From the NCBI GenBank assembly GCA_951406725.2, contig OX597837.1, forward strand, positions 27,838,001 to 27,902,000: a stretch of 64,000 nucleotides of DNA, read 5' to 3'. The first letter of the stretch is position 1; each line of letters opens with the position of its first letter. Shown here one piece after another: positions 12,473-25,517 of this stretch. The notes under the pieces were generated by a model that was not told where the DNA came from, ran no database searches, and saw only the letters and a program-made list of their open reading frames with translations. Made by a program: the position numbers and the translations under genes. Source of the DNA: Octopus vulgaris. Its lineage: Eukaryota.

Positions 12473-12919
12473 ATTTTGAGGGCTAAAAACCACTATGTGG
12501 ACAGCCATATGCTAGAAATAGATCACCTACGATCAAGCTACAAAGGAAGAATGTTCTCTAGAGAAAAATTCAGCGGACACCAGAACAATAGGCGGGCAAG
12601 ACAGATGAAAATTATATAAAAATCAAGAATTAGTAACATACCGGTTTCATCTATTAACGAATAGATCACTTATGTAATCCTTCGTCGTACTGATAAGTCC
12701 TACGGACGAAGGATTACGTAAGTGATCTATTCGTTAATAGACGGAACCGGTATGCGATTAATTCTTGATTTTTATATAAATTTCATCTGTCTTGCCCGCC
12801 TATTGTTCTGGTGTCCGCTGAAATTTTCTCTAGAGAACATTCTTTCTTTGTAGCTTGATCGTAGGTGATCTATTTCTAGCATATGGCTGTCCACATAGTG
12901 GTTTTTAGTCCTTAAAATA
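12473..12919. repeat. Near-perfect ~215-bp-arm palindrome
   Basis: The left arm to about 12686 is the reverse complement of about 12705-12919. This explains the duplicated ORF peptide KNHYVDSHMLEIDHLRSSYK on both strands. Confidence 0.92.
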
Positions 12920-13080
12920 TACACACGTATTGGAATTTTCTCTGATTTTTCAGATTTTTGTATGTTAGGCAACTGGTTTTAAATTGATATTAATTAAATT
13001 AATATTCAATTTATCTCCCTCATTATTTAAATGTGAATATATGTATGTATATATATATATATATATATATATAGGAGTGT

Positions 13081-13451
13081 GGTGGAAGCACTCCGTCGGT
13101 TACGACGACGAGGGTTCCGTTTGATCCGATCAACGGAACAGCCTGCTCGTGAAATTAACGTGCAAGTGGCTGAGCACTCCACAGATACGTGTACCCTTAA
13201 CGTAGTTCTTGGGGATATTCAGCGTGACACAGAGAGTGACAAGGCCGGCCCTTTGAAATACAGGTACAACAGAAACAGGAAGTAAGAGTGAGAGAAAGCT
13301 GTGGTGAAAGAGTACAGCAGGGATCACCACCATCCCTGCCGGAGCCTCGTGGAGCTTTAGGAGTTTTCGCTCAATAAACACTCACAACGCCCGGTCTGGG
13401 AATCGAAACCGCGATCCTACGACCGCGAGTCCGCTGCCCTAACCACTGGGC
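13081..13451 (-). mobile_element. SINE family B copy with 10-bp target-site duplication
   Basis: ATAGGAGTGT at 13071-13080 and 13452-13461. Confidence 0.9.
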
Positions 13452-13502
13452 ATAGGAGTGTATCGCTGTGCGTGAATGAGTGCAAAATAATCGTCTACTT
13501 AC

Positions 13503-13620
13503 ATCTCAATCGGAACATCGACCTCTTTCATGAGATCTCTCCCACACGGACATGACACAAGACTATCAGGACATCCTTGATTCTCTGCGCTCGATATTTG
13601 CACAGTCATGAAGGAAAACA
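13503..13620 (-). CDS. Factor C-like gene, exon 2: end of signal peptide and start of Cys-rich domain
   Basis: tctttttcag acceptor, gtaagt donor, 118 bp, phase 1 to 2. VFSFMTVQISSAENQGCPDSLVSCPCGRDLMKEVDVPIEM. Confidence 0.87.
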
Positions 13621-14149
13621 CTGAAAAAGATGTGAAACATAATTTAAAGTGATAGTGAAAATATATTGGGAAAATCCTGCTGAGCACCGCTATACAAGGG
13701 CCCGATCATTATCATTAAGGGTTTAGATTAAGCCCCATTGGCAGCATCTTCGTTTGGTGGCTTTTGATACAGATTCGGTTTCCCCAATACAGGTGAATCT
13801 GTACAAAGCCACTTGGATGCTTCAGGAAGCACGCATATTTAAATTTGTGCGCGCGTTTGTATGTGTGTGTGTGTGCATGTGTGTCTGTATCCGTGTGTAT
13901 AAGAAATTTGCTTCCCAACCACATGGTTCTGGGCTCAGTCCCACTGTGTGGTACCTTGGGCAAATGTCTTTCTACTATAACCTCGAGCCGACCAAAACCG
14001 TTGACTACACAGCAGTTCTTCCGCTCTTAGACGGGTCTTATTTTTCGTCCCGCAGGGTGTCCAACAATCATCCTCCCCACCAAGCAAGCTGGTAAGGGTT
14101 TCCAGTTTAGTCGCCGACAACCCGGCCATGGGTTACATGTTACCAGTGG

Positions 14150-14365
14150 CGCTTAAGAGCGACCTGACCATAAAGCCGTCAGCAAGGAATTAAAACTTGT
14201 CCCATACAAACAACTGAAAACAACTGATCATGAAGAGCGACTTCGCTATCGCAGATGATTTAATTGATTTATCGAAGACAATACTGTTTATGTGCTGAAT
14301 ATCGCATCTTTTAGCGACGAAGCATGGTCCCATCTCTCGGGCTATGTTAATTCGCCAATACATAT
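14150..14365 (+). mobile_element. Tc1/mariner-superfamily transposase fragment
   Basis: FSDEAWSHLSGYVNS motif (first catalytic Asp region) at about 14310-14357. Confidence 0.6.
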
Positions 14366-14443
14366 TGAGGATTTTGAAAAGTTATAACATATAAACACGA
14401 GGCACGTTCTTTATCGCCTCGTGTCTATATGTGAGCCTTGGCC

Positions 14444-14530
14444 TCCTGCTGAAGATGGCAACGCCAGTTGTAAATTGAAATTATTTTATTTTATTTACAA
14501 AAGATTGCCGAAACTATGCATAGTCCAGGA
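14444..14530 (+). ncRNA. Type I hammerhead ribozyme motif, intact core
   Basis: UCCUG-CUGAAGA-U-GGCAA[..]UUGCC-GAAA-CUAUGCAUAG-UC-CAGGA. Confidence 0.85.
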
Positions 14531-14625
14531 AAGATAGGGTAAACGTTTTTATTTTTCATTCCATTTCAGAATTTAACTGCTCTTACTAATGAGTCAGATG
14601 TCCATATATATACATATGTATATAT

Positions 14626-14688
<63 letters not shown>

Positions 14689-14692
<4 letters not shown>

Positions 14693-15079
14693 CGCATATT
14701 TGCCATTTGAATATGGCTAACCCCTAAGGGTGGATGCTACTGTAGTTTGTAGCCCCAGGAAGATATCTCCTCCAGCTGGCTATATACACACTATCTGTGT
14801 CCTCTCAGTATTTGTGAAGGGAAGTCATCCTCCCCGTCTTCAACTCATGATACACACGGACCCGAGTTTCAAGGTGTTTACCTTTCATCAGCGTGTGACA
14901 ATCATGGTTGTCGACGAGAAGTCAGCTCCCTTCACAAATACATATATTTTTTCCAGTGTCGATTGACACTGATATTGAAAAAGTGAAATCAAACAATGAT
15001 AAATCTCAGAGCGAGTTATAAACTACAGTAGCATCCACCCTTAGGGGTTAGCCATATTCAAATGGCAAATATGCGTCAC
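14689..15079. repeat. Element with perfect ~60-bp terminal inverted repeats enclosing a hammerhead
   Basis: 14689-14748 is the exact reverse complement of 15020-15079. Confidence 0.88.
14853..14897 (-). ncRNA. Minimal type I hammerhead ribozyme motif, intact core
   Basis: CACACG-CUGAUGA-AAGGU aaac ACCUU-GAAA-CUCGGG-UC-CGUGUG. Confidence 0.87.
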
Positions 15080-15122
15080 GATGTGTTACCGCTACTGTTT
15101 ATAACTCGCTCTGAGATTTATC

Positions 15123-15187
<65 letters not shown>

Positions 15188-15905
15188 GTATATATGTATA
15201 TATATATATGCACACGCACACATATATACATACATATATACATACATACATACATGCATACATACATAGATATATAGATACATACATACATGTATACACA
15301 AACATACACGTATATGTAGCTAAAATGTTTGTTTATATAGAATAAGCCCAACACATGTACTAAATGACAGAGATTCAATGGAAGTGCACACACACACACA
15401 CACGCGCATTTACAAACACATATACGCAAGCACATGCACGCATGCACACACACACACATACATACACACACACACTCTCTAAGTGCACAAATACTTAAAC
15501 CTCCATGCCGTAGACAATATTATGACGTCAAACGAAGAATCACATTTTTCAGGGAATGGCTTTTTAACAGTGACGTACGGTAGTATGTTTTATCTATTCA
15601 GCGCTAAGCCCCTCTACTTCATCTTTGCAACATCCTGCTGTTTGTTAGTTTTCATATCTCATACACCACCACCACCAACAACAACAACAGTTAAAGTATA
15701 AGAGTATAATTACACTAGAAAAAATTTAAAAAAGAAAAACATTCGGTGAATTTTCTCGCCTAAAGTTTTTGCTACTAAAAATGTTATAGCATTTTAAAAA
15801 CTCAAATCTACCACCGAAGACGTGGCCATTGGATTTATTTACATTCTCTCTCTCTCTCTCTTCTATTATGTCTGTCATTCATCTGACACAATCAAACGTT
15901 CTAAA

Positions 15906-15968
<63 letters not shown>

Positions 15969-16165
15969 TAAACAAGTGAGGATAGAAAATGCCAAAATAA
16001 TTTTATAAAGAACATTTCAGTACCGGTTTCAGTCATTGCGACATTTTCAACTGTAACAATTAAATAATTAAATTTAGAAAAATTAAAAGAAAATTTTTTT
16101 TAAAGAATATTTGCATAGTAAAATAAAGAATATTTGCATAAGTGGCATTTTCCTAGTTTCTGCCT

Positions 16166-16200
<35 letters not shown>

Positions 16201-16256
16201 ATATATATGTATATTTGCATAGTGTTCAAATATAAGTGGCATTTTCCTAGTTTCTG

Positions 16257-16294
<38 letters not shown>

Positions 16295-16495
16295 TACCTG
16301 CGTTAAACTCCATTTATTTATTTATATATTATGCAAAAAGTTCCACGTAAACCCGAAGTTTCTACCTTTAAAAACAAGGAGTTACAACCCCATTACTTGT
16401 GTGATTTTTTGCTACCCTGGAAACTATTCATCTATTTTTTCCGTGTTAATTGTTAACAAGGGAAAAATACACTCATCTCTCTCTCTGTCACTGTC

Positions 16496-16609
<114 letters not shown>

Positions 16610-16914
16610 GTTCAGACTTATAGAAAGACTAAAGACGAAGACAGGTGTAGGAACAACAAGCAAGCATATTAGTTTGACGCTCTGGAAAAATGGAAAAGTC
16701 TTTAACGTTTCGAGTCTCGGCAGAAAGGAATAAGAGGGAATAAATAGAGACGGAAAAAAATCGTGTTGAGTTCAGCAGTCCAACATGGCAGTCCACACAT
16801 ATACACAGATAGACATACAAACATACTTTCACAGACAAGACTCTTGGCCAAGGTGCCACGCAGTGGGCTGAACCCGGAACCATGTGTTTGGCATGCAAGC
16901 TACTTATCACACAG

Positions 16915-16973
<59 letters not shown>

Positions 16974-17116
16974 CAAGAAAAAGCAACAAGAAAGGATCCT
17001 TTTTCTTGGTTATAATACCCCACATAATTTTATGGTTTATACCATAAAGAATTCTGGTGCATCTAAGTTAAGTACCATATTCATTTGAATTCATTTGAAT
17101 CTTAATTGTTTTGCTG

Positions 17117-17169
<53 letters not shown>

Positions 17170-17358
17170 TTGTATATATATATGTATATATATATACATA
17201 TGCATATATGTATGTATGTTATTTAAAGGTCGCAATACATGTATTAGAACGTTACTAATAGTTTCATGCGTTGAGCAAGCCACATATAACGAATTATTAC
17301 TGTTACTATAACTGTTATTATTATTGTCCAAATTGAATTTTTATATCACGGATCAGTG

Positions 17359-17412
<54 letters not shown>

Positions 17413-18191
17413 ACTAACATTACGATGTAAGTACAAAAACAGTGAGAAAACATTATTAGTAAATAAGTCTAAAGGCGGGCGTGTGGCGGTATTGTGAAGA
17501 AACTTGCTTCCCAAAACACGTGGTCATGAAATATATATCCGAGTTTGTAAGCTTATGTATAGAAGAATATATTAATCAATGAAATTCCAACGATTTTGAA
17601 ATAAACTAGTACTTTCATGTGTTACGTAATCGTCAGGTTTATGTAGTGACAGTCGTGTTCCACAACTGACAACGCTAGCGAAATGGTCAGATTTGTCCTT
17701 TAAATACCCTCCGATGAGTTCTTGCAACCTGAATCTTACGAACTGCATTTTTGACCAATCAGTATGTGGCTTAGATGTCATGGTTTTGTGAGCGCGCCAG
17801 CAAAGTTCTAACTGTATTTCGACCAAGCAGGATGTGGCTTAGATATCACGGTTTGGTAATTGCGCCAATTTGGTTAGCATTTATTCCGCTCTTGTCAACG
17901 AGATATTTTCGTCAATTAGTTAGCGGCGTAGACGTCACGGTTTGATAAGCATATCAAGGATCCTCTACTTTGAGCGCGCCTAAAAGAATAATTGTTTGGC
18001 TATATTTTGTTTACAACATTCCCGTTTATATTGGATTGTATTTTACCAATTTTCCAGAAATTTTACATTTCAATCAAGTCAACGTTTATATGCTTAAAAC
18101 TACTACCATCATCACCATCGCCTTTATTGTTGTTGTTGTTGTTAGTGGTGGCGGTGTAAGTAGTAGTAATAGCAGTAGTAGTTATTAATAT

Positions 18192-18905
18192 ATTTCTTTA
18201 CTACCCACAAGGGGGCTAAACATAGAGGGGACAAACAAAGACAGACAAACGGATTAAGTCGATTACATCGATCCAGTGCGTAACTGGTATTTTATTTATC
18301 GACCCCGAGAGGATGAAAGGCAAAGTCGACCTCAGCGGAATTTGAACTCAGAACGTAACGACAGACGAAATACCGTTAAGCATTTCGCCCGGTGTGCAAA
18401 CGTTTCTGCCAGCTCACCGCCTTTTAGCACAAAGACACCTATTTCTTTACTACCCACAAGGGGCTAAACACAGAGGGGACAAACAAGGACAGACAAAGGG
18501 ATTAAGTCGATTACATCGACCCCAGTGCGTAACTGGTACTTTATTTATCGATCCCGAAAGGGATGAAAGGCAAAGTCGACCTCGACGGAATTTGAACTCA
18601 GAACGTAACGGCAGACGAAATACCTATTTCTTTACTATCCACAAGGGGCTAAACACAGAGGGGACAAACAAGGACAGACAAAGGGATTAAGTCGATTACA
18701 TCGACCCCAGTGCGTAACTGGTACTTTATTTATCGATCCCGAAAGGGATGAAAGGCAAAGTCGACCTCGACGGAATTTGAACTCAGAACGTAACGGCAGA
18801 CGAAATACCTATTTCTTTACTACCCACAAGGGGCTAAACACAGAGGGGACAAACAAGGACAGATTAAGTCGACTATATCGACCTCAGTGCGTAACTGGTA
18901 CTTAA
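18192..18905 (-). repeat. Tandem array of SINE family C units
   Basis: About four units; junction ...gacgaaatacctatttctttac... repeated. Confidence 0.87.
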
Positions 18906-19331
18906 CTTTTGGCAGAAAGGCCATATTTTTCTCGTCCACCTAGTTATTCCGTCTTTGTCAATCGTCTTAATTTACGTTTGTTTATTTTGTATCGTTTTGT
19001 TCGCTCGAAGCCCTAATTCTCCGCAAATTTTCCGGGTGGCACCGATATGAATATTATTAATAAAAGCATGGAGCTGAGTATTGCCGTTCCGTTGATAACT
19101 GCTGGAGAATTAGGGCCTTCTCTGTCTGTCCTACGTGTACGTTTTGTAGCCATCGTTGTTTATTTAATGCATACATACGTGCGTACATACATACATACAT
19201 AAATACATACATACATACATACATACATACATACATACATGAATACATACATACATACATACATACATGCATATATGCATACATGAATACATACATGCAT
19301 ACATACATACATACATGCATACATACATACA

Positions 19332-19365
<34 letters not shown>

Positions 19366-19526
19366 CATAATACATACATACATACATATATGCATACATA
19401 CATACATACATACATATATACATACATACATACATACATACATACATACATACATACATACATACATACATACATGCATACATACATGCATACATACATA
19501 CATAATACATACATACATCTACATTA

Positions 19527-20510
19527 ATGATTTGACTGTTTCCCCTACATCTGACGAGGAATGTAACAGGTATCTAGGGGTAGGTGACAATATATCTTAC
19601 AGTGGCACCTGTAATAAAACACGTGTCACTAAAGAATATTTCAGCCGAATAAAGAAAATTTGGACTTCAGAACTCCCTGCATTCAATAAAACAGTGGCCC
19701 AAAAATGTGTTTGCAGTGCCAGTACTCATACCAACATTTGGGCTGCTTGATTGGATGCTTGATGAGATCCGAGCCGTTGATGTGAAAACCAGAAAAATAC
19801 ACATGCACACATAATTTTTTTTACATAAACAGTGATGTAAACTGCTTCTACCTAAAATGGAAAGAAGGCGGCAGAGGCTTAACATCGATCCAAAATGCCT
19901 TTGAATGTCGCATCATATCCCTTCAGCAACATCTTTTAACCATCAAGTGTCGAAGTGCATCCTTTGACCAAGTTTGCATACATGAGGCTGATAACATCAT
20001 AAGACTTGGAAGGCAGCTCCTTGAGCAACACTCTTTGTCTGATGACCTAGAATACATGCCCAAAGAAGTCGTACGACTCTGCCGCAACGTATCATCAGAT
20101 GGAAAGATGACCTATATGAGCAGAAGACTGCATGGGTATGTTACTAGAAAGCTCCGTGATGACAGTAACATCGATCATCAAAGCAGTTTATCATGGACCA
20201 ATAGCCGGATTACTACCTCCCATTTTGAAGGGTCTGCGTTTGCAATTCAGGAACAGGAAATATCAACCAAGTACCTGATGCACAAAAGGGATAGATATGC
20301 AGGAAAAGCAGTAAAATGTGACAACCGATGCAGACTTTGTGGAGTTCACTCTGAAGCTATCACCCACATCAAATGTCATCACGGCATTATCTACCGACGA
20401 GACATGACAGTGTAGCTAGGACACTCTATAATGAAATCCGTCGAAGGATAATCCCGAGGACAAATAAATAAGAGCCCACAATATGGTAGAGCCATAGTCA
20501 CATATAAAAT
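19527..20510 (+). mobile_element. R4/Dong-like non-LTR retrotransposon fragment (RT C-terminus and CCHC region)
   Basis: YLGV, RIKKIWTSEL..NK, AVPVL..FG..DW, LHGY, EG.AFAIQEQEISTK, CRLCG..EAITHI; frameshifted. Confidence 0.78.
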
Positions 20511-20619
20511 ATTGAGAAAATGTTGGAAATGCGTCAAAATTTTGTTCATATATTTATATATTTTTTGTGTTATTAAAAGAAGCTTAACTTTTTAAACATG
20601 ACATGAAAATAGTTCTATT

Positions 20620-21437
20620 CTTATTTCTTTATTGCCAACAAGGGGCTAAACATAGAGAGAACAAACAAGGACAGACAAACGGATTAGGTCGATTACATCG
20701 ACCCCAGTGCGTAACTGGTACTTAATTTATCGACCCCGAAAGGATGAAAGGCAAAGTCGACCTCGGCAGAATTTGAACTCAGAACGTAACGGTAGACGAA
20801 ATATCTGCTAAGCATTTCACCTGGCGTGCTAACGTTTCTTAATTCTTTATTGCCCACAAGGGGCTAAACACAGAGGGGACAAACAAGGACAAACAAAGGG
20901 ATTAAGTCAATTACATCGACCCCAGTGCGTAACTGGTACTTAATTTATCGACTCCGAAAGGAAGAAAGGCAAAGTCGACCTCAGCGGAATTTGAACTCAG
21001 AACGTAACGGCAGACGAAATACCTATTTCTTTACTACCCACAAGGGGCTAAACACAGAGAGGACAAACATGGACAGATACAGGGATTAACTCGATTATAT
21101 CGACCCCAGTGCGTAACTGGTACTTAATTTATCGACCCCGAAAGGTTGAAAGGCAAAGTTGACCTCGGCGGAATTTGAACTCAGAACGCAGCGGCAGAAA
21201 ATACCTATTTCTTTACTACCCACAAGGGGCTAAACACAGAGAAGACAAACAAGGACAGACAAACGGATTAAGTCGATTATATCGACCCAGTTGTAACTGG
21301 TACTTAATTTATCGACCCCGAAAGGATGAAAGGCAAAGTCGACCTCGGCGGAATATGAACTCAGAACGTAACGGCAGACGAAATACGGCTACGCATTTCG
21401 CCCGGCGTGCTAATGTTTCTGCCAGTTCGCCGCCTTA
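20620..21437 (-). repeat. Tandem array of SINE family C units
   Basis: Four head-to-tail units of about 180-215 bp, with a complete head at about 21437. Confidence 0.87.
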
Positions 21438-21522
21438 AATAGTTTTATTCTATGCATTCATATGTTTTGAAATAAAAATATACAAATGTTTTCACAGAAT
21501 AAATATTTTCGTATTAAATTTT

Positions 21523-21937
21523 GGATTTTTTCGGTTTTTTCTAGCGGTGTCAATTGAAATTGTCACCCATAATTATGACCCTATTATCGATCTATTGCAT
21601 TTCAATCTATTTAAGAGTTAGGGTTAGTTAGGGTTAGGGACGGGGTGAAGGGTATCTTTTTTTCTTCACAAATGTAAATAAACTCAATCTATTTCTTAAA
21701 CGAGGGACATATTCATACGGCACATAATGTTTTTTACCTCAATAAACGTCAGAGATTGGTTGAAATTGCAGAAATTGAAAAAAACAACAACAAATGCCTT
21801 ACAAACTATAGAATTTTCTCAATAAAGCTAAGAGAAAAAGATGTTTTATAAACAAATTCTACCGGTATACGAAGTTTAAAAGTGTTTAGTTACGTGGAAA
21901 TTATTTTTAAAAACTGCCGTTCAAACTGAAAAGATCC
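21523..21937 (+). mobile_element. Merlin-like MITE, second copy
   Basis: GG...CC termini; 8-bp TSD TAAATTTT at 21515-21522 and 21938-21945. Third copy at about 25845-26239(-), fragment at 27088-27310. Confidence 0.82.
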
Positions 21938-22101
21938 TAAATTTTAACTGAAATATAAGTTTGACGTATATAACACAAATAAAAAAAGGGGGAAAAAGAA
22001 AAAGGGGGACCATATGTTACATAATATCATGCACGCGTACGCTTGTTGTTATGAATATGTGATATATAATCTGAGGAAGAAAATCACACTTAATGACTTA
22101 C

Positions 22102-22138
22102 CTTGTGACAATAACAGTAACTTCATTACAGATTCCAT
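22102..22138 (-). CDS. Factor C-like gene, exon 1 (coding part): signal peptide start
   Basis: ATG at 22138 gives MESVMKLLLLSQ, then AAG|gtaagt donor in phase 1, matching exon 2. The joined product MESVMKLLLLSQVFSFMTVQISSA is signal-peptide-like. Confidence 0.75.
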
Positions 22139-22544
22139 TTCGACGGTCGATAAAAACACCAAATATTAAATATTACAAATAAACAAATCGTTAATGAACG
22201 TAAATAAATAGACAGCGAATAAATTATTTTAAATTATTTTTCGTTTTCTTTCTTTCTTCCGTACTCGAAACCCGATTCTTCTTTATATTTTCATGGAGCA
22301 AATTAGTAATATCGCTCTCGTCCTTTTCGCAGTTTCCACACTGTGTGGTCCTTTAAGTTGTATATCAAACAGTAATCTTGTTTCCGTTCCTCTCGAGAAC
22401 TGTCGTCGGTGACCGTGTGTCACTGATTATTAACCCAACAACTTAGGACTAACATCCGCTAGGAGGCGCACCCATATTTTTTTTTTATTATTTCAATTGT
22501 GTTATTTTTTTTCTCCTTTGTTTACGTCGTCGAGCTTTCCGCTA

Positions 22545-22649
<105 letters not shown>

Positions 22650-22670
22650 GTCTCTCTTTCTATCTCTCTA

Positions 22671-22770
<100 letters not shown>

Positions 22771-22805
22771 CCTGTGTCTCTGTCAATATCTATGTGTGTG
22801 TGTAC

Positions 22806-22899
<94 letters not shown>

Positions 22900-23173
22900 G
22901 TATAATTATCAGTCTACGTACGCAGGCAGGCACTAAAACAGACGGATAGAAGTAGATACAGAAATAGACGCCTGCCTGTTTCCCACCGTTGTCATTGTAT
23001 AAATATGCGTGTATATATATATATATATGCAGCCATAGCGTATGTATATGTGTGTATGTAATCACATGTGTATGTGCTGGGTGTATTTAATTGAATGAAT
23101 ATAATTGTTTATTCAAATCTACAACATTGTCATTATTGTCTCAGTAACAAGGTAGGGCAGGATCCATTGTGAT

Positions 23174-23184
23174 GGGAAAATTCC
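23174..23184. promoter_or_regulatory. Candidate Rel/NF-kB site about 1 kb upstream of the Factor C-like ATG
   Basis: GGGAAAATTCC fits a kB-type consensus and lies in non-repeat sequence. A single short motif could be chance. Confidence 0.25.
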
Positions 23185-23621
23185 AAAAATACTTACGCTC
23201 GCCATTTTGCGTAGGCATAGGAAACACTTGTACATACAGACACACACAGTCACACGTCCACGCAGGTAACTCAAATACACACACATAAGCACACTTGCAC
23301 TCTTCTGCTATAGCCCCGGGCCGACCAATGCCTTGTGAGTGGATTTGGTAGACGGAAACTGAAAGAAGCCTGTCGTATATATGTATGTATATATATATAT
23401 GTATGAATGTGTGTTTGTGTTCTGTGTTTCTCCCCCTAGCATTGCTTGACAACCAATGCTGGTGTATTTACGTCCCCGTCACTTAGCGGTTCGGCAAAAA
23501 AGACCGATAGAATAAGTACTGGGCTTACAAAGAATAAGTCCCGGGGTCGAGTTGCTCGACTAAAGGCGGTGCTCCAGCATGGCTGCAGTCGAATGACTGA
23601 AACAAGTAAAAGAGTAAAAGA

Positions 23622-23657
<36 letters not shown>

Positions 23658-24211
23658 AAAAAAATTCAAACTGGGACAAGAACGCAAAACATTCGGAAGA
23701 CGACACAAGAAACACGGACGGGACATTCGAAGCCCTCAATCTTCAGTCAAGAACCGGATCATCCTCGCAATTTCGGCTGGTTAATCTTGAGATTGCTCTG
23801 ATCTGGGCAGCCCCAAAGGAAAATCTAAGCCAAGCACATTAGATTCCTTGGAAGAAAGCTATATATATATATATATTAGTGGAAGCACTCCGTCGGTTAC
23901 AGCCTGCTCGTGAAATTAACGTGTAAGTGGCTGAGCACTCCACAGACACGTGTACCCTTAACGTAGTTCTCGGGGATATTCAGCGTGACACAGACAGTGA
24001 CAGGGCCGGCCCTTTGAGATACAGGTACAACAGAAACAAGTAAGAGTGAGAGAAAGTTGTGGTGAAAGAGTACAGCAGGGATCACCACCATCCCTGCCGG
24101 AGCCTCGTGGAGCTTTAGGTGTTTTCGCTCAATAAACACTCACAACGCCCGGTCTGGGAATCGAAACCGCGATCCTACGACCGCTGCCCTAACCACTGGG
24201 CCATTGCGCCT

Positions 24212-24248
<37 letters not shown>

Positions 24249-24252
<4 letters not shown>

Positions 24253-24579
24253 CTTCGGTCATGAATGACCATGGGATTGCACCTAGAAAGTTACCCTCCC
24301 AGGCACAAGTCCGGGCAAGGTTGTTTATGGAAGAGCAGTAGTCGCCCATGCATACCAGCCTCCCCTCTCCACGCCACCAGTGTTATCCAAGGGAAAGACA
24401 AAGGTCGATACAGCTTGGCACCAGTGACGTCGCAACTCATTTCTACAGCTGAGTGAACTGGAGCAACGTGAAATAAAGTGTCTTGCTCAAGAACACAACA
24501 CGCAGCCTGGTCCGGGATTCGAGCTCACAACCTCACGATCGTAAGCTCGACGCTCTAACCACTGAGCCATGCGCCTTCA
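24249..24579 (-). mobile_element. tRNA-derived SINE family D
   Basis: Head GAAGGCGCATGGCTCAGTGGTTAGAGCG...CTCGAATCCC, then TTCTTGAGCAAGACACTT...TTGCTCCAGTTCACTCAGC. Related copies at 24845-25040, 34435-34605, 51270-51535, 59208-59690. Confidence 0.82.
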
Positions 24580-24581
24580 TG

Positions 24582-24655
<74 letters not shown>

Positions 24656-25353
24656 TATACGTGTGTATATAGATAGATATAAATATAGATATATATGTGT
24701 ATGTGCGTGCGTGTATAGATTGATAGATAGATAAATAGATAGATACATGGATGGATGGTGAATGGATAGATAGATTGAGAAACAGACAGACACAGATAAT
24801 AAATACAGAGATAATTAGTATATATATATATATATATTGTGTGGTCCCCTTCGGTCATGAATGACCATGGGATTGCACCTAGAAAGCCACCCTCCGAGGC
24901 ACAAGTCTGGGCAAGGCTGTTTATGGAAGGCCAGCAGTCGCCCACGCCTACCAGCCTCTCCTCTCCACGCCACCAGTGTTATCCAAGGGAAAGGCAAAGG
25001 CAAAGGCCATCGCAGCTGTGGCACCAGTGACGTCGTAGCTTAATTATTAATGTGCAAGTGGCTGAGCACTCCACAGACATGTGTACCCTTAACGTAGTTC
25101 TCGGGGAGATTCAGCGTGACACAGAGTGTGACAAGGTTGCCCCTTTGAAATACAGGTACAACAGAAACAGGAAGAAAGAGTGAGAGAAAGTTGTGGGGAA
25201 AGAGTACAGCAGGGTTTACCACCACCCACTGCCCGAGACTCGTGGAGCTTTAGGTGTTTTTCGCTCAATAAACACTCACAATGCCCGATCTGGAAATCGA
25301 AATGCGATCCTACGACCGCGAGTCTGCTGGCCTACCACTGGGCTATTGCGCCT

Positions 25354-25396
<43 letters not shown>

Positions 25397-25483
25397 AAAA
25401 TGGAGTTAAACGATGGTGATATTTTTTCCGTGCTAATTGTTAACAAGGGAAAATACACGCACACACACATATATATATATATA

Positions 25484-25517
<34 letters not shown>

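Noticed and set aside
18192-21437. Regular repeats that might suggest a CRISPR array
   Set aside because: Units are about 185-bp SINE copies without unique spacers; eukaryotic context and no cas genes.
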